Source: Arsenophonus sp. (lineage in GTDB: Bacteria > Pseudomonadota > Gammaproteobacteria > Enterobacterales > Enterobacteriaceae). Taken from it: a stretch of DNA of 64,000 nt. Below are positions 46,813 to 58,827 of the stretch, piece after piece. The stretch spans positions 67,921 through 131,920 of the forward strand of contig CP132907.1 of NCBI GenBank assembly GCA_031446105.1, written 5' to 3'. Every line of letters starts with the position of its first letter. Position 1 is the stretch's first letter. Under the pieces are notes generated by a model that saw only the letters and a program-made list of their open reading frames with translations, was not told where the DNA came from and made no database searches. The position numbers and the translations under genes are program-made.

Positions 46813-48489
46813 ATGACAGAATCGTTTGCTGAACTTTTTAAAAAATCTTTACAAAGTGTTGAAACTCGCACAGGTGCTATTGTTAGTGGTATTGTTGTTG
46901 CTATAGATAAAGATATGGTATTAATTGATGCAGGTTTGAAGTCAGAATCAGCAATTCCGATAGATCAATTTAAAAATGTACAGGGTGAATTAGAAATCCA
47001 GATTGGTGATAAAATTGATGTTGCATTAGACGCAGTAGAAGATGGTTTTGGTGAAACGATTTTATCTCGTGAAAAAGCAAAGAGACATGAAGCTTGGTTA
47101 ATGTTGGAAAAAGCTTATGAAAATACTGAAACAGTAATTGGAATTATTAATGGTAAAGTAAAAGGTGGTTTTACTGTAGAATTAAGAGGTATTCGTGCAT
47201 TTTTGCCTGGTTCATTGGTAGATGTTCGTCCTGTTCGTGATGCAATTAATTTAGAAAATCAAGAACTTGAATTTAAAGTTATTAAATTAGATCAAAAACG
47301 TAATAATGTTGTTGTTTCAAGACGTTCTGTGATTGAGTCTGAAACTAGCGCTGAACGTACTCATTTGCTTGAAACCTTACAAGAAGGTATGGAGGTTAAA
47401 GGTATTGTAAAAAATTTAACTGAATATGGTGCATTTGTTGATTTAGGTGGAGTCGACGGTTTATTACATATTACTGATATGGCTTGGAAGCGAGTAAAAC
47501 ATCCAAGTGAGATTGTTAATGTTGGTGATGATATTAATGTTAAAATATTAAAATTTGATAGAGATAGAACACGTGTTTCTTTAGGTTTAAAACAACTTGG
47601 AGAAGATCCTTGGATAGACATTGCTAAACGTTATCCAGAAAAAACTAAATTAAAAGGACGCGTAACTAATCTTACTGATTATGGGTGTTTTGTTGAAATA
47701 GAAGAAGGTGTTGAAGGTTTAGTACATGTTTCTGAAATGGATTGGACTAATAAAAATATTCATCCATCTAAAGTTGTTAATGTATTTGATATTGTTGAAA
47801 TTATGGTATTAGATATTGATGAAGAACGTCGCCGTATTTCATTAGGTTTAAAACAATGTCAACCAAATCCATGGCAAAAATTTGCAGAAAAATATAATAA
47901 GAATGATCGTGTTGAAGGAAAAATAAAATCGATTACTGATTTTGGTATTTTTATTGGTTTAGAAGGTAATATTGATGGATTAGTTCATTTATCTGATATA
48001 TCTTGGGATATTCCAGGTGAAGAAGCTGTACGTAAATATAAAAAAGGAGATGAAATTTCCGCTGTTGTTCTGCAAGTTGATGCCGAACGTGAACGTATTT
48101 CATTAGGAATTAAACAATTAGGTGAAGATCCATTTAATATTTATTTATCTTCTCATAAAAAAGGTATTATTGTTAGTGGTCAAGTACTTTTAGTTGAAGA
48201 AAAAGGAATTACTATCAAATTAGCTTCAGGTGTTGAAGGTTATTTACGTATATCAGATATTGTGCGTGATCGTTTAAAAAAAGATATTTTTCAAATATTT
48301 AAAATTGGTGATATTGCTGAAGCTAAATATACTGGTGTTGATAGAAAAAATCGTATGATTGTTTTATCTTTTTATACAAAAGATGAAGTTAATGAAAAAG
48401 ATTTAAGTGCTACTATTAGTAAAAAAGAAAGTAGTGATTTTATCAATAATGCTATGGCTGAAGCATTTAAAGTAGCTAAAGGTGAATAA
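46813..48489 (+). CDS. rpsA: 30S ribosomal protein S1
   Basis: 558 aa with six S1 repeats, colinear with E. coli S1 ([70 protein letters not shown]). There is no strong SD upstream, as expected for the S1 leader. Confidence 0.98.
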   Translation: MTESFAELFKKSLQSVETRTGAIVSGIVVAIDKDMVLIDAGLKSESAIPIDQFKNVQGELEIQIGDKIDVALDAVEDGFGETILSREKAKRHEAWLMLEKAYENTETVIGIINGKVKGGFTVELRGIRAFLPGSLVDVRPVRDAINLENQELEFKVIKLDQKRNNVVVSRRSVIESETSAERTHLLETLQEGMEVKGIVKNLTEYGAFVDLGGVDGLLHITDMAWKRVKHPSEIVNVGDDINVKILKFDRDRTRVSLGLKQLGEDPWIDIAKRYPEKTKLKGRVTNLTDYGCFVEIEEGVEGLVHVSEMDWTNKNIHPSKVVNVFDIVEIMVLDIDEERRRISLGLKQCQPNPWQKFAEKYNKNDRVEGKIKSITDFGIFIGLEGNIDGLVHLSDISWDIPGEEAVRKYKKGDEISAVVLQVDAERERISLGIKQLGEDPFNIYLSSHKKGIIVSGQVLLVEEKGITIKLASGVEGYLRISDIVRDRLKKDIFQIFKIGDIAEAKYTGVDRKNRMIVLSFYTKDEVNEKDLSATISKKESSDFINNAMAEAFKVAKGE

Positions 48490-48570
48490 AAAGTAATTTT
48501 TTATCATAATAAAAAAATATTATTTTTATTTTTTAGTATAAAAAAGCAATATTTTTAAAGGAGAAATATT

Positions 48571-48855
48571 ATGACAAAGTGTGAACTTATAGAAAAACTT
48601 GTTAATGAATTATCTCATATACCAGCAAAATTAATTAAAAAAACTATAAAATTAATTATTGAGCATATGAGTATTACCCTTACTAAAGGAGAACGTATTG
48701 AAATTCGTGGATTTGGAAGTTTTTCCATGCATTACCGTATTTCACGTATTGGTCGTAATCCTAAAACTGGTCATCAATTTTTTTTAAAAGAAAAAGTTGT
48801 ACCTCACTTTAAACCAGGTAAAGAATTACGTGAGCGTGTTAATATATATGTATAA
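48571..48855 (+). CDS. ihfB: integration host factor subunit beta
   Basis: 94 aa, same length as E. coli Ihf[25 protein letters not shown]......[16 protein letters not shown] is present. It follows rpsA as in E. coli. Confidence 0.95.
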   Translation: MTKCELIEKLVNELSHIPAKLIKKTIKLIIEHMSITLTKGERIEIRGFGSFSMHYRISRIGRNPKTGHQFFLKEKVVPHFKPGKELRERVNIYV

Positions 48856-50267
48856 AAAATAAGATAATTTTTATAGCCGAATATTTATTATGAATATTAA
48901 TTTATTATTTTTAATAATAGTTAAGATATTTATAAAAAATAAAGAAAAATGAATTATTATATTTACTTCTTTAAAATATAAAATTTTAGATTATTTAAAA
49001 TAGCAATATAATTAATAAACTAATAATAGTTATTTGATATAAATATTTTTTAATTTTTTTTAAAATTAATAAAAAATATTATTAATTTTATACTTTTTTA
49101 GATAACATTTAAAATGTTAAATATTTTTTGCATTTTAGAAAAAATTATATGAATATTCTTTATATGTATATCAATAAAAAATATTAAAATTAATTTATTT
49201 TAAATATTAATTTGATTACATTAATTATATTTATTAATTTTAATGATAAAAGTTTAATAGTAAAATATTTTGTATAGTATATTTTTTATATAAATTATTT
49301 TTTATAAATTTATAAAATATATTAATTTTAATTTTTTAATAAAAATTAGAAAAAATAAAAAAAATATAAAATTATATAAAAATAATATTTATTATAAGCT
49401 ATGAAAATATAAATTAAAAAGGATTATATGTATATTTTAAAAATTTATATTTTTAATTTAAAATATTTTATAATAAAAAATATTTTTATTTAAATAATTA
49501 TAAAAATTAAAAATATTTTATTTCATAATTATTAATTTTAATAAACTAATAATATATTTTTATTAAAAAATTATTATTTTAAAATATATTTTTGAATATA
49601 ATATTATTTTTTTTACATTATTTTTTTAGTTACTATAATAATATAAAATATTGTTAATAAATATAAAAATAGTTTTTTGTTTTTTTAATTGATTTAAATT
49701 TATTATGATTATTCTTTAAACTATAAAATCTTTAAAGATATTATAATTTTTCTTAAAAATAAAATTAGATAGTTTATTTTTTTTGTTTTATAAAAATTAT
49801 ATTTTATATTATTTTTTAATTATATTTTTTATTTTAATAACCATGAAAAATATGTAATAAGTTTTTAAAATATTGTAAGATAAATTACATAAGTAATATT
49901 AAAATTATATTATTAATTATTTAGATTTTATTATTTTATTATAAAAAATATAAATAATAATTTTTAATTTTTTTATTGGTTACAATTATAAAAGGGTAAT
50001 GCATAATATTTTTAAATTTACTATAAATATAAAATATTTTTTTGATATATAAAATTATATAATGTAGTAGTACATTTTTAGAAAAAAAATTTTAATTTTT
50101 AAAGTTATTTGTAAATAGTTAAAATTAAATTAATAAAATAAATATATATTATATAAAAAATTTTCATTAAAAAATATAAAGATTTAATCTTAAAGTTTTT
50201 AATAAAGTATTTTTACAATATAATTTTATTAAATTATTAATATTGCAATAGTTATATGGAGTTAATT

Positions 50268-51125
50268 ATGAGCAAATTATTGATTATTTTATTAATATTG
50301 ACGATGATCATTGGTTGCTCTTCTAAAAAAAATATTATTGATAAAGGTAATTATTATATAGATCAGTCTTTTTCTTCTATTAGTCAAAATCATAGAATTA
50401 AATTTTTGATATTTCATTATACAGTAGTGAATGATGTCAGATCATTAGATCTTTTAACTCAAAGTCAAGTAAGTGCTCATTATCTTATTCTTAAACATCT
50501 TAAAATAAAAAATGGAAAACCAGTAATTTTTAATTTGGTTCCAGAAAATAAAAAAGCTTGGCATGCAGGTTTGAGTAATTGGGATGGAAAATTAAATATT
50601 AACCATACTTCTATTGGTATAGAAATAGTTAATACAGGATTTACTGAAGATTTATTTGGGAGAAAAATATGGTATCCATTTACAGAAAAACAAATTTCTG
50701 CAATTATTTTTTTGGCTAAAGATATCATAAAAAAATACAATATTTCTCCTGTTAATGTTTTAGCACATAGTGATATTGCTCCCTTAAGAAAGTATGATCC
50801 AGGAAAATTTTTTCCTTGGAAACGGTTAGCTGCATTTGGTATTGGTGCTTGGCCAGATGAGGTAACGGTTAAAAAATATTTAGCAGGTCGACCTCCATAT
50901 TCTCTTGCTAACGTATTAGTAATTCAAAAACAATTAAAAAAATATGGATACGATAAAATTCCTCAATCAGGTGAACTTGATGAAGAAACACGTAAAATTA
51001 TTAGTGCATTTCAGCTGCATTTTCGTCCAATGGATATCAGCGGTAATCCAGATGCTGAAACAGAAGCCATTGCTTGTGCATTAGTTGAAAAATACAGAAC
51101 CCCAAGTATTAAAGTTACGGTATAA
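50268..51125 (+). CDS. amiD: N-acetylmuramoyl-L-alanine amidase AmiD-type lipoprotein (Amidase_2 plus a peptidoglycan-binding-like C-terminus)
   Basis: Lipobox MIIGCSS. It is colinear with E. coli AmiD (RIKFLIFHYT, QVSAHYL, GKP.IF.LVPE...AWHAG.S.W.G...LN.TSIGIE..N.G, LAKDII..Y.I.P.NV.AH.DIAP.RK.DPG..FPW..LA..GIGAWPD, FQ.HFRP, DAET.AIA.AL.EKY). I moved the start to ATG 50268 because GGAG (50258-50261) lies 6 nt upstream. Confidence 0.88.
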   Translation: MSKLLIILLILTMIIGCSSKKNIIDKGNYYIDQSFSSISQNHRIKFLIFHYTVVNDVRSLDLLTQSQVSAHYLILKHLKIKNGKPVIFNLVPENKKAWHAGLSNWDGKLNINHTSIGIEIVNTGFTEDLFGRKIWYPFTEKQISAIIFLAKDIIKKYNISPVNVLAHSDIAPLRKYDPGKFFPWKRLAAFGIGAWPDEVTVKKYLAGRPPYSLANVLVIQKQLKKYGYDKIPQSGELDEETRKIISAFQLHFRPMDISGNPDAETEAIACALVEKYRTPSIKVTV

Positions 51126-51359
51126 TAAAATACTTTTAATAATTTATTGAAAGATAATCTTATTAATATTTTTTCAAAAACACTGATTATATTTTTTTTA
51201 AAATAAAAAATAGTTTTTATAATTTTATTGTTAATAAAAATTAATAAAAAAATATTAAATTTATTAATTTATTAGACTTAATAAATTCATTTTTTTTAAA
51301 TATTAAATTATTATTTATTTAATTAAAAAATTGGAATATTATAATGATTAAAAATAAAG

Positions 51360-52505
51360 CTAAATTGCTGCACATAGTGCAGATACTTTGTCTGTTTTTT
51401 CCCATGGAAATTGAGAACGTCCAAAATGCCCATATACTGATGTTTCAAGATAAATTGGTTGTAATAAGTTAAGCATTTTAATTAAACCATAAGGTCTTAA
51501 ATCAAATATTTCATTTATTAAGTGTATTAGTTTATCATTTTTTATCTTTCCTGTACCAAAAGTATCTATCATGATTGATGTAGCTTGAGCTATTCCTATA
51601 GCATAAGACAATTGGATTTCACAACGAGAAGCTAGTCCTGCTGCAACAATATTTTTTGCTATATATCGAGCTGCATAAGCAGCAGATCGATCAACTTTAG
51701 ATGGATCTTTCCCAGAAAATGCCCCCCCTCCATGTCGAGCCATACCTCCGTAAGTATCAACAATAATTTTTCTTCCAGTTAAACCACAATCCCCCATTGG
51801 TCCACCTATGACAAAACGACCTGTTGGATTAACAAAATATTTTGTATTGTTTGTTAACAATTTTTTAGGTAATACTGGTTTAATGATTTCATCCATAACA
51901 GCTGAAAATAATGCTTTTTGATTGATTGCTTGATCGTGTTGAGTGGATAATATAATAGTATCAATACCAATAATTTTGTTGTTTTCATACTGAAAAGTAA
52001 TTTGACTTTTAGCATCTGGACGTAACCAAGGTAAAGTACCGTTTTTTCTTAATTTAGCTTGACGTGCTACTAAACGATGAGCATAAATAATTGGTGCTGG
52101 CATAAAAACATCGGTTTCATTATTAGCGTAACCAAATATAATTCCCTGATCGCCTGCACCTTGTTCAAAAGGATTTTTTCGCTCTATTCCTTGATTAATG
52201 TCGGGTGATTGTTTCCCGATAGTATTTATAACAGCACAAGAATTAGCATCAAAACCCATATCGGAGCTTGTATATCCAATTTTACGTATTGTTCGGCGAA
52301 TAATTTCTTCAATATCCACCCAAGCGGTGGTTGTAATTTCACCACCAACCATTACCATACCTGTTTTTACATAGGTTTCACATGCTACACGTGCTTTTAA
52401 GTCTTGCTCTAAAATTGCATCAAGTATTGCATCTGAAATTTGATCAGCAATTTTATCAGGATGTCCTTCTGATACTGATTCAGAAGTAAAAAGATGTTTT
52501 GTCAT
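51360..52505 (-). CDS. metK: S-adenosylmethionine synthase
   Basis: 381 aa, near-identical to E. coli MetK over long runs ([106 protein letters not shown]). Confidence 0.98.
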   Translation of the reverse strand: MTKHLFTSESVSEGHPDKIADQISDAILDAILEQDLKARVACETYVKTGMVMVGGEITTTAWVDIEEIIRRTIRKIGYTSSDMGFDANSCAVINTIGKQSPDINQGIERKNPFEQGAGDQGIIFGYANNETDVFMPAPIIYAHRLVARQAKLRKNGTLPWLRPDAKSQITFQYENNKIIGIDTIILSTQHDQAINQKALFSAVMDEIIKPVLPKKLLTNNTKYFVNPTGRFVIGGPMGDCGLTGRKIIVDTYGGMARHGGGAFSGKDPSKVDRSAAYAARYIAKNIVAAGLASRCEIQLSYAIGIAQATSIMIDTFGTGKIKNDKLIHLINEIFDLRPYGLIKMLNLLQPIYLETSVYGHFGRSQFPWEKTDKVSALCAAI

Positions 52506-55500
52506 AGATTTTTTTGCCTTAAATTTTTAAAATGATATTAAATATATTGACATTTAATAATTAATAATATTATTTAATAATTATTTTATGGGATATTTTA
52601 AATATTGATATAATTTTTATTTTTTTGTTTTTAAATATTTATATTTTATATGATTAGAAAATATTAATATCTTGTAATTATTATAAATAAATTTATTATT
52701 TTTATGATATAATTGATATAATTATTTTTTACAATATTTTTAATTTTGTAAAAATTATGTTTAGTGTAGATATTTTATTTTTTTTGGCATATATCATAAA
52801 ATCTGTATAATTAAAATAAAAATAAAAATTTTTATTTATTCAAAAAATAAGTTTTATATATAAAATTATATTTTTTAAAATGTGTTTAAGATATTATTAA
52901 ATATAAAAATATAAAAAATATTTTATTTTTTCAGGAAATAATGTTTTTTATATAAAAAAATATGAATATAATATTAATTTATATTTAATTTTGAATATGA
53001 TATAAATATAAAGCTTATATTATATAAAAATATTTTGTATAAAAAGTATTTGATTATCATAAAAAAATATTCAATTTAATTAATATTAATATCTTTGATT
53101 AGTATTTGACTAGTATTTTTTTTAAGATGAAAAGATGTGGTTATGTTTTTTTATGTCTGACATTATTTTATTGATATATTTTTATTAATTATTTTAGTTT
53201 AAATTTATAATATTTTTTATATTTTTTTAAGTTCTTCATATAATCTAAAAAATAATTATATTTATTGATTATTTTTAACTTTTTTTATCATTTTTTATTA
53301 ATTTTTTTCTAGAAAGTATTGGATAGATAATTTTATTTTATCCTAATATTTTTTTATTTTTTAATTAGAATATATAATATTCTTAAAAATTTATATTGTA
53401 AATCACTAAAATTATATTTTATTTTAATATTTTTTTATTAATATATAAAGTGACACAAATAAAAAAATAAGTTTCTAATTGTTGACTATAGTTATTAATA
53501 GGATTTGTTTTAAACTCAATTCCTAAATTAAAATTTTTTTTAGCATCTGTAATTTAAAAATATTTTATCAATTCTTCTATCTAAATTTTGTTATTTTTAA
53601 ATCAAATAAAATAAATATAAAAAGATAATTCTGTTATTATATATTTTGTTAATGTATTTATTTTAAATAATTTTTATTCGATATTATTAAAAATAAATAA
53701 ATAGTTAATGTTTTGTATAGAAATTTAATAATTAATAAAAATATTTTTTATTTTATCTTTATTTTTTTTATATTAATTTTATAATAAAATTTATATTTTA
53801 TTTAGGTATATTATTTTTTTAAAAAATATAGGAATATTCTGTATTTAAAAAAATATAAAATATATCTAAAAAATAATATAAAATTTATTATTTATTAAAT
53901 ATTACACAAAAAAAATATTAATTATTTTATATTTTTTATTAAATTTTAATATTTTTGTATTATGTAGAAAATTTATTTGAATGGTTTTTTAAAATTAATT
54001 ATTTAAAAAAAACTTATGATTTTATTATAAAAATATATTTTCAGTATAATTTTTAATAAAATTTTATTAAATATTTTTGATATTTTTTATAAAAAATTAT
54101 ACTTATTTATACTTTTTTATTAAAAATAAACTAATTTAGTTATCAATTATTATTAAATGCAATACTTTTTTTATAATAAAATATTTTTTATTGGATATTT
54201 TTTAAATAAATTATTAAGAAGGGTTATTATTTTTTTAAATAATGTTTAAATTATATGATATAAAAATATCATTTTAGTTACTTTTTTAAAAATTAAAAAA
54301 TAAATTAACTAAAAGTTTTATATAAAAACTTAAAAAATAATATAAATCAAATCATTTTAATAAATATAAAAAATACCTTTTTATGAATTTTTTTTCAAAA
54401 ATATTTTATAATTAGAATCAATATTTATTTAAATATTAAAATAGTTATTTTTGGAATACATAATGAAAATGATTAACTTATTTGTCAATTTTTACTATGA
54501 TAGATTGAAAATAATTGCAATAAATTTCATTAAAAAGTTTCAGATGGTTTTACATGTTTATTAACATTATTTATTTTTGTTATTGATTATTCCATGTCGT
54601 TTTTTTAGTTTATCTTAAGTAGTAAAAATGATGCCATTATTAGATTTTATTTATACAATTTTGTCTGGTTGAGGTTGTTGTATTTTCTCTTTAGTATTCA
54701 TGATTTTTATAATAAACAATTAGATTTACCAGTTATTATAGATATTTTATTAATTATTTCAGTTGTTTTAGTTATTAATTTAGTTTTTTATATTTTTTTT
54801 TATTAATTCAGTAATATATTTTATTTTATAATTTTTTTATATAATTAAGGAAAATATTAATAATAGTTATTAATTACTATTATATATTTTTTTAAAAATC
54901 AAAATACTCTCATTTTTTAAAAATAAAATATTTTTTATATATCAATATTTTTGTTTATTTTACGTTATTTAATTTTTGAAATCATAAATTATAAATATGA
55001 TTTAAAATAATAAATATTTTTTATAAAACCTGATCTATTTTTATATTTATTAAAAAATGAATAATTAAAATTAAATAATTTATATTTACTATAAATGAAA
55101 AAATAAAAATTTTAAAAATTTTATAATTTATATATAAATTTATAATATATTAAATTTATACTTTTTGTAGTTAGATATTTTATAATTAGTCATTAATAAA
55201 ATTATAAATACATAAAAATCTTTGCTTATTTTAAATATATAAATAGATTAGATAGTTATTTTTACTGGATATAGATCTTTTAATGAAGATAGATATAATA
55301 TACAATAATTTTTTTATAAAAAACAAAATATTTAATGTAAGCAATATTTTTTAAAATTTTGATTTTATTTTTTAGTACATTTATTAGATAAATATTATTT
55401 TTTTAATATAAATCAAATGCTTTAAAAAGATTTTTTTTATTTTGTAGTTTTTATTATATTTTTTATAGATTATCTAAAGTGCAGTACTTATTTCTTTGTT

Positions 55501-56045
55501 GTTATATTTTAATTTTTAATATACTAAAAATATTATCATTAAATTACAAAATATTACTATTTTTATTATTACAGAAAAAAACATTTTTAAAATATCAGCT
55601 TTAATATTAAATATTCTATTAGATTTAATATTTTTTTATAGTTAATTTTCTTAAAAAATTATTAAGGAAATTAATTTTTTACAAATAAAAAAATTATTAA
55701 AGTAATCATTAAAAAACAATATTTAGGTATTTGTATTGATTTATTTTAAATAAAAAATATTTTTATTTTCTTTATAATAAAAATAGTAATTTTAATAAAA
55801 AATTGTTGATTTTTAGAAAATATATTTGAAATATAATCAATATTTTTTACGTTCTGCATAAATAATTTTTATACTTATTCTAATATTTTTTAATTATATT
55901 AACATAAAATCAAAAATTTTTGAAAATTTTATGTAGATTATAAAAATAAAATATCAAATATTTTATTAAAAATTGTGCGTTAATATTTGATTTTTGTTAT
56001 AATAAACCATTTTATGTTAATAAAAAGTTTTAAGATTTACTTTTT

Positions 56046-57098
<1,053 letters not shown>

Positions 57099-57574
57099 TT
57101 AACTTTTAAAATGATATTAATCTCATTAAATTATTTTATGTTAAAATTTTGTTTATTTTTAATAAAAAATAAAAGTTTTGATTTTTTCTTAATTTTATTT
57201 TTTATTTTTTTATGCAATATTTTAAATTTAAATTTTACTAAAATATTTTATATTATCTATAAATTATTTTTTTATATCTTAGAAACTGATAGTTATATAG
57301 AAAAGATTTCTTTTGATTTTTATTTTTTTGAATTTTAAAGATTAATTAAAGAAAAAATAGTTATTTTTATATAAAAAGTGGTTCATAATTATTTTTTTTA
57401 AAAAATGATTTATTTTAATTAAAAATAATTAGATTTACGTTAATATATTAATAATATAATATATTATTATATTTTTTTAATTTTAATTTTCTTTGTTTAT
57501 AAAAGTGAAAAGTATTTTTTAGAATCTCTTTTTAATAAAAAAATTATTTATGTATTCTTAAGAAGGATAAAATT

Positions 57575-58597
57575 GTGGAATTTATTTTATCATATATATT
57601 ATTTGTTGCCAAAACTCTTACTTTTATAATTACTGTTATATTAATTTTATTTATTTTTTTTAGTGTTATATCTAATAAAAAAAATAAAAAAGGTGATTTA
57701 AAAATTGTTAATTTAAGTGAAACTTATCGTGAGCGTCAACGAGAAATGCGACAAGTAAAAATGAGTGATATAGCATATAAAATTTGGCTAAAAGCTCATA
57801 AAAAAAAAATAAAAAATGAAGAAAAAAAAGAAAAAAATCTTATTAAAATAGAAAAAAAAACAGTAAGAAAACCATGTCTTTTTGTAATTAATTTTAAAGG
57901 TAGTATTAATGCTAATGAAGTTTATGCATTGCGTGAAGAAATTAATGCAATTTTATCGATTGCTGATAAAAAAGATGAAGTTTTGCTTAGGCTTGAAAGT
58001 TCAGGTGGAGTAATACATGGATACGGTTTAGCGGCTTCTCAATTATACCGATTGCGAAAAAAAGGATTAAAATTAACTATCTCTGTAGATAAGGTAGCTG
58101 CAAGTGGAGGGTATATGATGGCTTGCGTTGCTGATTATATTATAGGAGCTCCTTTTTCCATTATTGGTTCTATTGGAGTTATTGCGCAAGTACCTAATAT
58201 TCATCGTTTATTAAAAAAGAATGATATTGATATAGAATTACATACAGCCGGGGAATATAAACGAACATTAACTATTTTAGGTGAAAATAATGAACATGGA
58301 CGTAAAAAATTTATAGAAGACTTAAATGAAACTCATCAACTTTTTAAAGATTTTGTTCATCAAAATCGACCTTCTTTAGATATTAATGCTGTTGCAACAG
58401 GAGAATTTTGGTATGGTATTCAAGCGAAAGAAAAAGGTTTAATTGATGACATAGGATTAAGTGACGATGTAATTTTAAAACAAATAGATACTAGTGAAAT
58501 TATTGAAATAAGTTATCTTCCACCTAGACGTTTTATTGATCGGTTTATTGGTAGTATAAAAGAAAATGTAGATCGTTTCTTAAAACGCAGCTTATAA
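57575..58597 (+). CDS. sohB: S49-family inner-membrane peptidase SohB
   Basis: 340 aa with a GTG start and AAGGA 7 nt upstream. It has an N-terminal TM helix and a Lys-rich linker. LRLESSGG..HGYGLAASQL.RLR, VDKVAASGGYMMACVAD.I..APF.I.GSIGV.AQ.PN, DI.LHTAG.YKRTLT.LGEN and LNETHQLFKDFV match E. coli SohB. Confidence 0.9.
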   Translation: MEFILSYILFVAKTLTFIITVILILFIFFSVISNKKNKKGDLKIVNLSETYRERQREMRQVKMSDIAYKIWLKAHKKKIKNEEKKEKNLIKIEKKTVRKPCLFVINFKGSINANEVYALREEINAILSIADKKDEVLLRLESSGGVIHGYGLAASQLYRLRKKGLKLTISVDKVAASGGYMMACVADYIIGAPFSIIGSIGVIAQVPNIHRLLKKNDIDIELHTAGEYKRTLTILGENNEHGRKKFIEDLNETHQLFKDFVHQNRPSLDINAVATGEFWYGIQAKEKGLIDDIGLSDDVILKQIDTSEIIEISYLPPRRFIDRFIGSIKENVDRFLKRSL

Positions 58598-58827
58598 ACT
58601 ATTGGTGTGATTATTTTAGAAATTTATTATATAAGCAGTGTATATTATATTTTTATTAATTAATATTTTTCAATAAAAAATAAACATTTCAAATTAATGA
58701 TTGATATATAAAATATTATTTTTTATATCTTGATTATTTATAAAAAAAATAATTATAATTTTTTAAAAAAATATTTTTATAAAATTTAATACGATTTATA
58801 AATACAATATTTTAGGTAAGTAAATAT

